A stretch of 64,000 nt of DNA from Planctomycetota bacterium (GTDB lineage Bacteria > Planctomycetota > Uabimicrobiia > Uabimicrobiales > JABWCH01). The stretch is from NCBI GenBank assembly GCA_017993505.1, contig JAGOMP010000001.1, positions 53,059 to 117,058 on the forward strand. Direction: 5' to 3'. Positions 38,552-49,105 of the stretch are shown here, piece after piece. The translations under genes were made by a program, and so were the position numbers. Below the pieces are notes generated by a model. The model did no database searches. It saw only the letters and a list, made by a program, of their open reading frames with translations, and was not told where the DNA came from. Within the stretch, counting starts at the first letter, position 1; every line of letters begins with the position of its first letter.

Positions 38552-39853
38552 ATGAAAAAAAGTATTGAATTGCATAATAAAATCATAGAAAGAGCAATTT
38601 TAGTTGGTGTGAATACAGATGGGAATCGTATCCAAACACAAGAACCCCTCGCTGAATTAGAACGATTAGCAGAAACTGCTGGAGTAGAAATTGTTGGAAA
38701 AATTTTACAAAATCTTCCATATATTAATGCCAAAACATATGTTGGGTCTGGCAAAGTACAACAAATTAAACATTTAGCTGAAGAACTGGATGCTAATTTA
38801 ATTTTATTTGATGATGACTTAACTCCAGCACAGGCTCGCAATCTAGAAAATGAACTGAAAATCCGTACTCTGGATAGAACAGAATTAATTCTACATATTT
38901 TTGCTTCTCATGCAAAAACAAATGAATCTAAATTGCAAGTAGAATTAGCTCAATTAGAATATTTTTTACCACGTTTAAAGCGTTTATGGGAACATTTAGA
39001 TCGAGAAGGTGGAGCTGGCCTAATTGGAACAAAAGGTCCTGGTGAAAAGCAATTAGAAATTGATAAACGATTAATTAGAAAACGTATCCAAGATTTGAAT
39101 CGTGAAATCAAAAAAATTCAAGAACGAAAAGTGCGTGAAGTGGAAACGAGAAACTCTCAATTTTTCACTATTGGAATTGTGGGCTATACAAATGCTGGCA
39201 AATCTACATTGATGAACCGCTTAACAGACGCAGATGTATTGGTAGAAGACAAATTATTTGCCACATTAGATACACGAACACGACTTTGGGAAATTGATTC
39301 TGGCTTTAAAGCCATGATTTCCGACACAGTCGGTTTCATTGAAAAATTACCTCATCATCTAATTGCTTCATTTAAAGCAACATTAGAAGAAGCAGCACAA
39401 GCTGATATTTTACTTCATGTAGTAGATGTTTCAGATATTGATCTAGATCATCATATTCAAGTCGTAGAACAAGTATTAGAAGATCTGAATTTACAAAATA
39501 AACCAATATTACTTGTATTCAATAAAATTGATTTACAAACAGATGTCATCGAATTAGCAAGAATCAAAGAACGTTATCCCAATCATGTCTTAATTTCTGC
39601 ACAACAAGGATGGCACATTTCTGAATTAAAAGAACAATTAATACAAATTTGGGAAAAAGATGTGGTAGAAATGGATTTTATCCTTACACCAAAAGATGGA
39701 AGATGGATCTCTTGGTTTGAAGATCACACGCGAGTTTTAAGCAAAGTTTGGCAAGATGAAAACCTTCACTATAATGTACAATTAAGCCAAGAAAAAGCAA
39801 ACTGGATCTCAGTACGATTAAGCTATCCGCCAAAAGAAAAAAACGAATCGTAA
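38552..39853 (+). CDS. hflX: GTPase HflX
   Basis: N-terminal HflX domain. G domain has GYTNAGKSTLMNRLT, DTVGF and NKID. Confidence 0.9.
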   Translation: MKKSIELHNKIIERAILVGVNTDGNRIQTQEPLAELERLAETAGVEIVGKILQNLPYINAKTYVGSGKVQQIKHLAEELDANLILFDDDLTPAQARNLENELKIRTLDRTELILHIFASHAKTNESKLQVELAQLEYFLPRLKRLWEHLDREGGAGLIGTKGPGEKQLEIDKRLIRKRIQDLNREIKKIQERKVREVETRNSQFFTIGIVGYTNAGKSTLMNRLTDADVLVEDKLFATLDTRTRLWEIDSGFKAMISDTVGFIEKLPHHLIASFKATLEEAAQADILLHVVDVSDIDLDHHIQVVEQVLEDLNLQNKPILLVFNKIDLQTDVIELARIKERYPNHVLISAQQGWHISELKEQLIQIWEKDVVEMDFILTPKDGRWISWFEDHTRVLSKVWQDENLHYNVQLSQEKANWISVRLSYPPKEKNES

Positions 39854-39934
39854 ATAACTTATAAACATTATTTTTTTAAAAATTTCAAAATATAAAATAA
39901 CTTTCAAATTATTTTTTTAAAAATTTTCAAAAAA

Positions 39935-39987
39935 TTGATAGAGATTTCATATCTGTTATTTTATAAATAGATATGAAATCCTATCAA
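39935..39987 (+). terminator. hairpin plus T-run downstream of hflX
   Basis: ttgatagagatttcatatct / agatatgaaatcctatcaa inverted repeat followed by ttttttttatt. Confidence 0.45.
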
Positions 39988-40044
39988 TTTTTTTTATTGC
40001 ACATTTTATTAAAAATTGTTATAATATTTTCCTAATCTAATCGT

Positions 40045-41763
40045 GTGAAAAAAATTATTTTCAAAGAGAAAGATATGAAAAATAATACGAATGAATTTAG
40101 CCTATTTTTTAATTTGCAATGTCGATTGATAAAAAATAGCATTCGCACATGGCACAATCATTCTCGCCTTAAAATAGCAGTTATTAGTTTTTTTGTTACT
40201 CTATTTTTTAGTGCAATTTTTTTCATTTTTTATCGAAGTTTACAATTCCTTCGTTTTTATATTCCTAGCGACTTTTTTTCTTTGATGATTGAATATATTT
40301 TTGCTATTTTTTTCTTTTCTCTATTTTTAATGCTCATATTTTCTTCATTGGTCATTGCTCTATCCGCCTTTTTCCACACGCCAGAAACAAAATTTTTAAT
40401 GACTTCCCCCCTTTCATTTGCAGGAATTTTTTTTTATAAATTTAGCGAAACATTTCTATTTGCCTCATGGTCTATTTTCTTTTTAGGTATTCCTATATGT
40501 TTTGTATACGGAATCCAAGAAGGGGCACCTTGGTTCTTTTATCCTGCAACTATTCTTTTATTTATTCCCTTTACCATATTATCTGCTCTTATTGGCACCT
40601 TAATGGCATATTTTTTAGTATATTATTTATTGCGATTTAAAAAAATTCTCAGTGCCATACTCTTGATTATTCTAGGCGGATCTATTTTTTTTGTTATCAT
40701 GTCATGGATTTCTGTTCGACAGAGACCATTTTTACCAACCTTTGAAACAGAGTGGTTTTTCAATTTACTAAGTTATTTAAAATCCTTTCAAAATCCATTT
40801 TTACCTTCTGTTTGGATTAGCAAAGCTTTAATGTCTTTAACACAAAATAATTTTTCCAATTATTTATTTTTTCTATGTCTTTTAGTTGTCAATTCTTTAT
40901 TTTTAGGTGCTATTCTTTATTTATATACAAGCACTACATATGGAAAGGCATTTTCTAAAATTCATAGTTACAAAGGGAAACAGCATATTTGGCGTTTTCA
41001 ATGGACTTCTATGGTGCAAAAAATATTCTTTTTCTTACGACCACAAGATAGATTATTCTTAGAAAAAGACATTAAAATTTTTCTAAGAGATCCTATCCAA
41101 TGGAGTCAATTTGCTATTCTTCTTTGTCTATTGTTATTTTATATTTTAAATCTACGAACTTTAAAATATGATGAACAATTATTATTTTGGAAACATCTTA
41201 TAGCGACATTAAACTTAGTAGCAACTTCTTTAATTAATTGCACATTTGCAAGTCGCTTTATATTTCCTATGCTATCATTAGAAGGAAAACGTTTTTGGAT
41301 GTTGGGCGTAATGCCATTGGAGAAAACAGGAATACTTATAGCAAAATTCATCTTTGCTCTAGTTACTCTTAGCATCACTAGTGAATTTCTCATTTTACTA
41401 TCTTGCTACATGCTACGATTACCTTGGACATTGACTTTATTATATGGAATCATAACCTTATTTCTTAGTCTTGGGTCTGCTGGGTTATCTGTTGGACTTG
41501 GTGCATTATATCCTAATTTTAAAGAAGATAGCCCTTCAAAAATAGTTTCTGGATTTGGCGGTACATTAAATTTAATTTTAAATCTCGCATTTGTACTATC
41601 CATTGTATTTTTTGCATCTGTACCATCGTATTGGATTTTACGAAATCGACTTTCTGCCTATACGTCTGGTATTTGGATTTTTTTAAGTGTCGCAACGACA
41701 TTTACTGCTACTTTTCTACCATTATATTTAGGCATACGTGCGTTAAAAAAATTAGAATTTTAA
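40045..41763 (+). CDS. polytopic membrane protein, unknown function (about 14 predicted TM helices)
   Basis: 572 aa, highly hydrophobic with Phe/Leu-rich helices throughout. No recognisable catalytic motif. Confidence 0.6.
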   Translation: MKKIIFKEKDMKNNTNEFSLFFNLQCRLIKNSIRTWHNHSRLKIAVISFFVTLFFSAIFFIFYRSLQFLRFYIPSDFFSLMIEYIFAIFFFSLFLMLIFSSLVIALSAFFHTPETKFLMTSPLSFAGIFFYKFSETFLFASWSIFFLGIPICFVYGIQEGAPWFFYPATILLFIPFTILSALIGTLMAYFLVYYLLRFKKILSAILLIILGGSIFFVIMSWISVRQRPFLPTFETEWFFNLLSYLKSFQNPFLPSVWISKALMSLTQNNFSNYLFFLCLLVVNSLFLGAILYLYTSTTYGKAFSKIHSYKGKQHIWRFQWTSMVQKIFFFLRPQDRLFLEKDIKIFLRDPIQWSQFAILLCLLLFYILNLRTLKYDEQLLFWKHLIATLNLVATSLINCTFASRFIFPMLSLEGKRFWMLGVMPLEKTGILIAKFIFALVTLSITSEFLILLSCYMLRLPWTLTLLYGIITLFLSLGSAGLSVGLGALYPNFKEDSPSKIVSGFGGTLNLILNLAFVLSIVFFASVPSYWILRNRLSAYTSGIWIFLSVATTFTATFLPLYLGIRALKKLEF

Positions 41764-41782
41764 AAGAATTTCATGAAAGGAC

Positions 41783-42607
41783 GTGTTTTTAATGGAACAA
41801 ACTTTTCATAAACAGGCATTTATTTTACTAGCACATAAACAAAAAGAATACCTTGCACAAATCAAAGATGAAATTATGAAACGAGAACAAATTTTAGCTG
41901 TTGATTTGGAAGATTTTAATCCAATTTATTTTTTCATTCCTTGTCATATTTCTATGTATTCTATACGCTTGCCACAGATACATCCCGTGTATCCCTATGC
42001 TGTATTATTTAAATGCCCCAACGCTGCGACTTTGATTGCCGATATTATGGAAGAAGTCTCAGACATCATTGCAAATTCAAGAGAAGAAGGTATCATCTGT
42101 ATCATCCCTGAAAATTTCATTACGCAATTACAAGAAGCATATGTCCCAACAAAGTTAAAAAAATTAAATAATCTCCTAGATGAAAATAATATACTTTTTG
42201 AAAATGAAATTAACGATAAGTGGGATTTATTGGACAAAATTGTACAAATTGCAGATGAAAATCACCTCTTAAATGATGCCCAAGTCTTCCGCCATTCTCT
42301 GATTAAACGAGAGAGAATTCAATCTACAGGCATTGGCGACGGTCTTGCTTTTCCGCACGTACGTTGCGATAGTGTCATAAAACCATTTATGATAATAATT
42401 ATTCACAAACAAGGACTACCTTTTGATGCCCTTGACAATGATAAAGTCCGACTCATTATATCTCTAGGTTTCTCAAAATCTTGCGATTCTTATCTCCCTA
42501 TTTTATCAGAATTAAATCGTATTCTTATGTCAGAAAAAAACAGACAAGACCTCTTAGCTTGCACAACCCCCTCTGATGTCATACGATTCTTTCAAAAGGA
42601 ATTTTAA
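41783..42607 (+). CDS. PTS EIIA(Ntr)/fructose-type (EIIA-2) domain protein with an about 130-aa N-terminal extension of unknown function
   Basis: C-terminal half has ...RERIQSTGIGDGLAFPHVRC...DNDKVRLIISL (GxGxAxPH signature). Confidence 0.6.
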   Translation: MFLMEQTFHKQAFILLAHKQKEYLAQIKDEIMKREQILAVDLEDFNPIYFFIPCHISMYSIRLPQIHPVYPYAVLFKCPNAATLIADIMEEVSDIIANSREEGIICIIPENFITQLQEAYVPTKLKKLNNLLDENNILFENEINDKWDLLDKIVQIADENHLLNDAQVFRHSLIKRERIQSTGIGDGLAFPHVRCDSVIKPFMIIIIHKQGLPFDALDNDKVRLIISLGFSKSCDSYLPILSELNRILMSEKNRQDLLACTTPSDVIRFFQKEF

Positions 42608-42610
42608 TAT

Positions 42611-43885
42611 ATGGAACACGCACGTTTATTACTTGAAATAGGCGTTATAGTTATAGCAATCAAATTCGTTTTCATATTTTGCAATAAATATAAAATTTCC
42701 CCTGTTTTTGGAATGGTATTATTGGGAATACTCATTGGACCAGCCGTTCTAGGTATCATACATAGAAGCGACACAATGAAATTTCTCGGCGATATAGGAG
42801 TATTACTACTCCTCTTTTTAGCAGGCTTAGAAACAGATACTGCTATGATGAAAAAAACAGGGAAAATCGGATTTTTCTGTGCATTAGCTGGTGTTTTCAT
42901 CCCATTTATTCTTGGAATTGGACTTGGTAAAGCATATCATTTTAGCAACCAAACAGCTTTTTATACTGGTTGTATTCTCACAGCAACAAGCGTTAGCATC
43001 ACAGCAATGACGTTATGGGATATGGGAAAACTACAAACATTCATTGGTACAAGCATTCTAAATTCTGCTATCATTGATGATATCATGGGCATTTTTTTAT
43101 TAGTTATTGTAATGAGTTTTTTTCAAACAGATACAAGCTTAGTAGTAGGTCTTGGAAAACTATTTGGATATCTTCTCATAGCAAGTTTAGTTGGTATTTA
43201 TATTATTCCCTATGTTTTCAAAAAAATTTCAAACTCAAAAACGCCATATTTAGCACTTTCACTTTCATTTGCTACAATGTTTATTTATTCAGGTGCAGCA
43301 GAATATTGTGAGATAGCTCCCATTACAGGTGCATATATGGCAGGACTTTTCCTTGGTTTTATTCCTGATAAAGATGAGATCATCAAAGATACAGAAGTGT
43401 TAGCACAATCCTTATTCACTCCTCTATTTTTTGCAAGTCTTGGTCTTTCTGCTAACTTCCATGGTATGGGAGATAATATCACATACTTTATTCTTTTTAT
43501 TACTGTTGCTTGTGCCGGAAAAATCGTTGGTTGCGGTCTTATAGCAAAAGCCATTGGCACCACATGGATAGATAGCTTACGAATGGGAATTGGCATGATG
43601 CCAAGAGGTGAAGTTGCTCTTGCTATTGCTTCTTTAGGATTATCCGCAGGTATGATCACCATGCTGGAATTCAATAGCACAGTTCTTTTAGTAATGTTTT
43701 CTAGTGCGTTGACACCACTATTACTAAAACTTACATTTCCTTCTGAAAAACATCATACTGAGGAACAACATACTGAAAAAGTAACATTTCATCCTGAACC
43801 AGTAACTCTTAATCCTGAAAAAGTATCTTTTCATACAGAACAAGTACCTATGAATACAGAACAAGTACCTATTATACAAGAATAA
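42611..43885 (+). CDS. cation:proton antiporter (Na+/H+ exchanger, CPA family) with a repeat-containing C-terminal tail
   Basis: About 12 TM helices with a GxxxG-rich Na_H_exchanger profile. The tail has HTEEQHTEKVTFHPEPVTLNPEKVSFHTEQVPMNTEQVP repeats. Confidence 0.65.
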   Translation: MEHARLLLEIGVIVIAIKFVFIFCNKYKISPVFGMVLLGILIGPAVLGIIHRSDTMKFLGDIGVLLLLFLAGLETDTAMMKKTGKIGFFCALAGVFIPFILGIGLGKAYHFSNQTAFYTGCILTATSVSITAMTLWDMGKLQTFIGTSILNSAIIDDIMGIFLLVIVMSFFQTDTSLVVGLGKLFGYLLIASLVGIYIIPYVFKKISNSKTPYLALSLSFATMFIYSGAAEYCEIAPITGAYMAGLFLGFIPDKDEIIKDTEVLAQSLFTPLFFASLGLSANFHGMGDNITYFILFITVACAGKIVGCGLIAKAIGTTWIDSLRMGIGMMPRGEVALAIASLGLSAGMITMLEFNSTVLLVMFSSALTPLLLKLTFPSEKHHTEEQHTEKVTFHPEPVTLNPEKVSFHTEQVPMNTEQVPIIQE

Positions 43886-43893
43886 AAAGGAAA

Positions 43894-44463
43894 ATGAATA
43901 TGCTTACATGGTGTTTTATATTTGTCATAATTCTATTTACAGGTTGTTCTTATACACAACCTGCAATTACAGAACCACATGGAATTGTACAAGCCTTAGG
44001 AGAATTACGTATTCTCAAAATTAATGATGAACGCGTTATAAATTTAGGAACTACGTATGTTTTTCGAGTTGCACCTGGACAACATACATTTTTACTAGAA
44101 CGAGGACACAATAAACATGTACCTGCTAAGGGTACAAATTCACCATATGCCACATTTCCTTTAGAAATCAAAGAAGGAATGCACTATTATTTAGACGTTG
44201 GCTTAGAATTTGACTCTAATGAATTATTGTTTGGAATTGATTTAAAAAATGTTAAATCATGGTATCCCATTCTAAAAAAAGAAATTAGTGCTGAAGAAGT
44301 CAAAGAGATCAAATCTCAAAAATATAGAAAACTTCCTACACCAAAACTAAGAAATAAAACAATTGAGGAACAACAAAAAAAAATTGAGGAACAACAACGC
44401 ATCATCGATGAACAACTCAAAAAAATTGAAGAACAACAACGATTATTAGATCAACAAAAATAA
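43894..44463 (+). CDS. lipoprotein, unknown function, with a C-terminal EEQQ(K/R)I repeat
   Basis: Signal peptide plus lipobox FTGCSY. The C-terminus has IEEQQKKIEEQQRIIDEQLKKIEEQQRLLDQQK. Confidence 0.6.
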   Translation: MNMLTWCFIFVIILFTGCSYTQPAITEPHGIVQALGELRILKINDERVINLGTTYVFRVAPGQHTFLLERGHNKHVPAKGTNSPYATFPLEIKEGMHYYLDVGLEFDSNELLFGIDLKNVKSWYPILKKEISAEEVKEIKSQKYRKLPTPKLRNKTIEEQQKKIEEQQRIIDEQLKKIEEQQRLLDQQK

Positions 44464-44621
44464 GTAATAAACACTATATGAAAAATAATAAAGAATAAAA
44501 ATTTCATTAATTTCATTGACTTTTTCATATAATGCAATACAATTATTATACATGTAAACACAAAGTATTTATTTATGAATATCAAGGAATACGAATATAA
44601 ACTTGAATTCAAGGAGTTAAT

Positions 44622-44978
44622 ATGAATTTCTTTTTACAAGTAGCACCTCAAGCTGCCCCACAAGTTGAAAATCTTAGCACTGGACTCATGAGCATGCTTC
44701 CTATGCTTGCCATATTTTTCTTTTTTATGTGGTTCATAGTTATCCGACCACAAAAAAAACAAGAGAAAAAACACCAAGAAATGCTCAATGCCATAAAAAA
44801 AGGTGATAAAATTGTCACTATTGGTGGAATTATTGGAAAAGTAACAAAAGCTACAGAAGATAAAATTGAAATCCAAGTAGATGATACCACAAAAACAAAA
44901 ATTACATTTCAACGACGTGCTGTCCACAATGTATTAAACAAAAATGAAGATGCAGAAACAGAAGATAAAAAAGCATAA
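44622..44978 (+). CDS. yajC: preprotein translocase subunit YajC
   Basis: Single TM followed by RPQKKQEKKHQEMLNAIKKGDKIVTIGGIIGKV (YajC signature). AAGGAG RBS. Confidence 0.85.
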   Translation: MNFFLQVAPQAAPQVENLSTGLMSMLPMLAIFFFFMWFIVIRPQKKQEKKHQEMLNAIKKGDKIVTIGGIIGKVTKATEDKIEIQVDDTTKTKITFQRRAVHNVLNKNEDAETEDKKA

Positions 44979-45176
44979 AATACAAACATATAAAGCATAA
45001 AATATGAACATATAATCGATTGAACATAAAAAAACTCTAATTGAACCTAAAATGGTTCCATGGAAAAATCCATATAAAAAAATAACTCAAAAACTCTAAA
45101 TTAGAGAAATTTTTTAGTCACAATTTACTATTATATGTCATGATTTTAATAATATCAGAAAGGATTGTAACTTATT

Positions 45177-48100
45177 ATGAGAGCGGAACGTCACTATTCT
45201 CGACTCGGGCTCTTTATATTTATAATATTGTTAGTTGTATTTGGACTTTTACTTTCCTGTCCTCCTGAGCAACGACCTATTTTCAAAGAAGCCTTAAAAA
45301 ATTACAAAGTACACTACGGCCTAGATCTACAAGGCGGTTCTGAACTATTATATCAAATAGATCCGAATGAAATCGATGCCACACGTTCTATAAGTGATGT
45401 CATTGATGAAACTATTGGTGTGATTAGTCAACGTATTTTTGAATCTAACATTGTAAAAGATCCTAGAATTCAAAAAGAAGGTGAAAATCACATTATTGTC
45501 CAACTTCCTGGTTTAAATCAAGTTGAAACAAACAATATCAAAAAAGAAATTGAAACTTTAGGTAACCTAGAGTTCCGTCTTGTTGCCTCTAAAAACATGG
45601 GCGAAGAAATCGAAGAAGAAGTAGAACGTACAAAGTACGAACAAGCCCTTGGATCTGGTAGCACTCGCCTTAGTTACTATCAAAAACGTTTATTAGACAA
45701 AGGCTACAAATGGTTTCCATCTCGTGATGAAAAAGAACCTGCCCATTTATTATGGATAAAAGATGGATATGATTTCACTGGTAAAAAATTCCGTAATTTT
45801 TATCCTACATACCATGATGCTCGAAGAGCTATTGGTTTTGAACTTAAAGAAGAATACAAAACATATTTTGGCGATTTCACTGGGAAATATAAAAACGAAA
45901 GACTCGCCATTTTATTCAATAACAAAGTTGTTGCAGCTCCTAATATCAGCTCCCGAATTGAAGGCGTTGGTGTTATGGTTGGCTTCAATCCTAATGAACT
46001 CAATGATCTCATGAGAGTATTACGTTCTGGTTCTTTAGAAATTCAACCAGAACTTGTCAATGAAAATACAATTGGCCCAAGTTTAGGGCAAGATGCTATT
46101 AATTTAGGCATTCAAGCTGGTCTACTTGGTCTATTATTTGTTGTTATTTTCATGGCTGGATTTTATCATGGTGCTGGTGTTGTTGCTGTCATGGGAATGA
46201 TTCTCAACGTTATCATAGTTGGTAGCATCCTAGTAATTTGGGGCGAAACACTTACACTTCCTGGTATTGCTGGTTTCATCTTAACAGTCGGTATGTCTGT
46301 TGATGCCAATATTCTTATTTTTGAACGAATTCGAGATGAAAAATATAAATACATTACAGAAAATGGAAAACCTTATAAATTCACAAAACCAGAATTATAT
46401 GACATCGTCAACAATGGCTATAAACATGCATTTACAAGTATTTTTGATTCTAACGTAACTACTGTTTTAACAGCCATTATTCTTTATACATTTGGTTCTA
46501 GTGCTATCCAAGGATTTGCATTTACACTTGGTTGGGGTATTATAGCTAGTTTCTTTACAGCAATTGTAGTAACTCACTTAATTTTCGATCTTTCTATTCA
46601 GATTGGACTATTCCGTTCTTTCAGTATGATGAGATTGATTAAGGATCCAAAAATCAATTTCGTCAAATGGATGAGACCTATTATGATTCTTACTTGGTCT
46701 GTTATCATTCTCAGTATGGGTTGGTTCATCTATCGTGGCGAAAATAACTATGGTCTTGAATTAAAAGGTGGTATCTTAGCTCAAATGAGTTTAGAAAAAC
46801 CTCTTCAAAGTGAAGAAGTTCGTGAACGCCTAACAGAAGATTTCCAAGTGGAAGTTCAACACATAGTAGGCGATCGTGGAAGTGACGAAGAAGGCTGGTA
46901 TGAATTTTCTGTTCGTCTACCTAATCTGAACCAAGAAAAAATTGATGCTATCAACCAAGAAATTGAACAGATTGCAAATCAATTACGAACAAAAAATACA
47001 GCTCTTAAAGATAGAACTAGTACCTTAGTCAGAACAGAAGAAAACGAAAAACGTGAGAGACGTACCCTTCGAAGTCTCAAAGCAAAAGGTGCTTCTGCAG
47101 AAGAACAACAAGCCATTCAAGATACATTAGACAGATACTTACAAATCAAAAATGAAAACAAAGAAATAGTTACAAAACTTGGTAAAGAAATCGAAGAACT
47201 CACAGATAAACGTAGTGATTTAATGAGACAGAAAAATCATCTTTCTGGTATTGAAGAACTACGAAAAACTATTGAGAAAAAATTCAAAGATGAATTATCT
47301 CCTGAACCTTTTGGTGAAATAACAAGAGGCACAGGTAGATTTACAACTAGCCACATTGTTCCTGTTCGTTTCCGTACTCCTATGTCTAGTGAATTTGCTC
47401 AAACTACACTGGAAAAACACAAAGAACTTTTTAGCATTGTAGAAATTGGAAGTGAAAAATTCCGAGTTACTATTAAAGAAAAAGAAGACTCCCAAAAAAC
47501 AGCTGAAGAAATGCAAGAACTCGTAAAAAGACAACTTGATATTGCATCTCGTCTCGAAGCTTCTAATATAGACATCAAAACAGCTGACAATAAAACAACT
47601 CTTACTCTAACATTTGCAGACATAGTACCAACTTCTGCTGTGAAAAGAGCTATGGAACGTTGTAACTGGGAAAACTTCAATGTGCAAGCATTGGACGGTG
47701 AAAACACAGAACTTAAAAACTTTGCTTTTGTTGTTACATTATCAACAGAAAAATCTGGTCTTGAATTAGAAGCACAAGCTCAACTCATTCAAGAAAGAGT
47801 ACGCACAGCTTTTGCTGATGCTACTTACAATAAAGAAAAAGTTTTCTTTTCAGATCCATTCCCTAGATTTACACAAATTTCTGGCCTTGTTGCTAAAGAA
47901 CAAAAAACAAAAGCATACCAAGCAATTATTCTATCACTCATCGTTTTACTCATTTATATTGCAGTCCGATTCCCCAATGGCTGGATTTATGGTGTAGGCG
48001 CTATTGCAGCACTTACACACGACGTACTCATTAGTTTAGGCTGCATCGCTGTATTTGGATATTTAGGTTGGGTCAGCCTAGAAATTAACTTAACGACCAT

Positions 48101-48455
48101 TGCAGCATTGCTAACATTAGTAGGGTACTCTCTCAATGATACGATTGTTATCTATGATAGAATCAGAGAGAACAAAAAAAATTATGATGCAGAAATTTGG
48201 GCCAGAATGGATATTAAACATGTAGAAGCAGAATTCAACAAAGCTCTGAACCAAACACTTTCTAGAACATTGCTCACCTCTGTTACAACTATGATCGTGC
48301 TTGCATGCATCTTTTTCCTAAATTATGGAAAAGGTAGTGTAATGGAAGGATTCTCTTTTATTTTAATGATAGGTATTATTGCTGGTACGTACTCTTCTAT
48401 TTTCGTAGCAACTGCCATTGTGCTTGGTCTTGAAAAAAGAAATCGTGAACAATAA
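45177..48455 (+). CDS. secDF: fused protein-export membrane protein SecD-SecF with a long charged coiled-coil insertion
   Basis: SecD TM bundle (aa about 300-480), SecF TM bundle (aa about 900-1080), and periplasmic head motifs. Sits in the yajC-secDF operon. Confidence 0.85.
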   Translation: MRAERHYSRLGLFIFIILLVVFGLLLSCPPEQRPIFKEALKNYKVHYGLDLQGGSELLYQIDPNEIDATRSISDVIDETIGVISQRIFESNIVKDPRIQKEGENHIIVQLPGLNQVETNNIKKEIETLGNLEFRLVASKNMGEEIEEEVERTKYEQALGSGSTRLSYYQKRLLDKGYKWFPSRDEKEPAHLLWIKDGYDFTGKKFRNFYPTYHDARRAIGFELKEEYKTYFGDFTGKYKNERLAILFNNKVVAAPNISSRIEGVGVMVGFNPNELNDLMRVLRSGSLEIQPELVNENTIGPSLGQDAINLGIQAGLLGLLFVVIFMAGFYHGAGVVAVMGMILNVIIVGSILVIWGETLTLPGIAGFILTVGMSVDANILIFERIRDEKYKYITENGKPYKFTKPELYDIVNNGYKHAFTSIFDSNVTTVLTAIILYTFGSSAIQGFAFTLGWGIIASFFTAIVVTHLIFDLSIQIGLFRSFSMMRLIKDPKINFVKWMRPIMILTWSVIILSMGWFIYRGENNYGLELKGGILAQMSLEKPLQSEEVRERLTEDFQVEVQHIVGDRGSDEEGWYEFSVRLPNLNQEKIDAINQEIEQIANQLRTKNTALKDRTSTLVRTEENEKRERRTLRSLKAKGASAEEQQAIQDTLDRYLQIKNENKEIVTKLGKEIEELTDKRSDLMRQKNHLSGIEELRKTIEKKFKDELSPEPFGEITRGTGRFTTSHIVPVRFRTPMSSEFAQTTLEKHKELFSIVEIGSEKFRVTIKEKEDSQKTAEEMQELVKRQLDIASRLEASNIDIKTADNKTTLTLTFADIVPTSAVKRAMERCNWENFNVQALDGENTELKNFAFVVTLSTEKSGLELEAQAQLIQERVRTAFADATYNKEKVFFSDPFPRFTQISGLVAKEQKTKAYQAIILSLIVLLIYIAVRFPNGWIYGVGAIAALTHDVLISLGCIAVFGYLGWVSLEINLTTIAALLTLVGYSLNDTIVIYDRIRENKKNYDAEIWARMDIKHVEAEFNKALNQTLSRTLLTSVTTMIVLACIFFLNYGKGSVMEGFSFILMIGIIAGTYSSIFVATAIVLGLEKRNREQ

Positions 48456-48473
48456 TATCGCCTAAAATGCAAA

Positions 48474-48515
48474 CAATCAACCCACGCCTACCAAAATTTG
48501 GTACGTGGGTTGATT
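48474..48515 (+). terminator. hairpin after secDF
   Basis: caatcaacccacg ... cgtgggttgattt, 12-13 bp stem. Confidence 0.45.
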
Positions 48516-48541
48516 TATAATTATTCTGCTGGGAGACAATA

Positions 48542-49090
48542 ATGGATAAAAAAAAGATAGCGCTTCTTTCTTTATTACTATTGTCCATTTTTATTTTACA
48601 AATACAATTTCGTGCAAAAAAACAACAAAAAACAAATATAGAAAACATAGAAACAACTACACAAACAGAACCCCAACAAGTACAACAAAACAACACTCCA
48701 CAAATCAATGAAATTCCACCTCCTCTTTCCTTTCCTTTGCCCGACACAGCAAACAATAAAACAGAACAAAAAACAACACAAACAAATCAAGAAAAAACTC
48801 TACAAGTTTCTGAACAAACAAATCAAGAAAAAACTCTACAAGTTTCTGAACAATCAAATCAAGAAAAAACCAATATACCACCAGAAACGTCCAAAACTTT
48901 TTCTTATAAAGTACAATCAGGCGATAGCCTGTGGAAAATTGCAAGAATACAGTATAAACTTTCTAATAATAGCGAAATCAATCATGTTGTTCAATACATA
49001 GAAAAACAAGGCAAATTTAAAATATTACGCATTGGCGAAACAATACAATTACCCTCAAAAACAGAAATCGAAAACATCCTTAAAAAATAG
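48542..49090 (+). CDS. secreted LysM-domain protein with a Q/T/N-rich repetitive linker
   Basis: Signal peptide, repeats TNQEKTLQVSEQ, and a C-terminal LysM (YKVQSGDSLWKIARIQY...). Confidence 0.7.
   Translation: MDKKKIALLSLLLLSIFILQIQFRAKKQQKTNIENIETTTQTEPQQVQQNNTPQINEIPPPLSFPLPDTANNKTEQKTTQTNQEKTLQVSEQTNQEKTLQVSEQSNQEKTNIPPETSKTFSYKVQSGDSLWKIARIQYKLSNNSEINHVVQYIEKQGKFKILRIGETIQLPSKTEIENILKK
48782..48875. repeat. 36-bp in-frame tandem repeat x about 2.5 in the LysM gene
   Basis: acaaatcaagaaaaaactctacaagtttctgaacaa is repeated. Confidence 0.85.
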
Positions 49091-49105
49091 GAGAAAAAAT
49101 AAATC

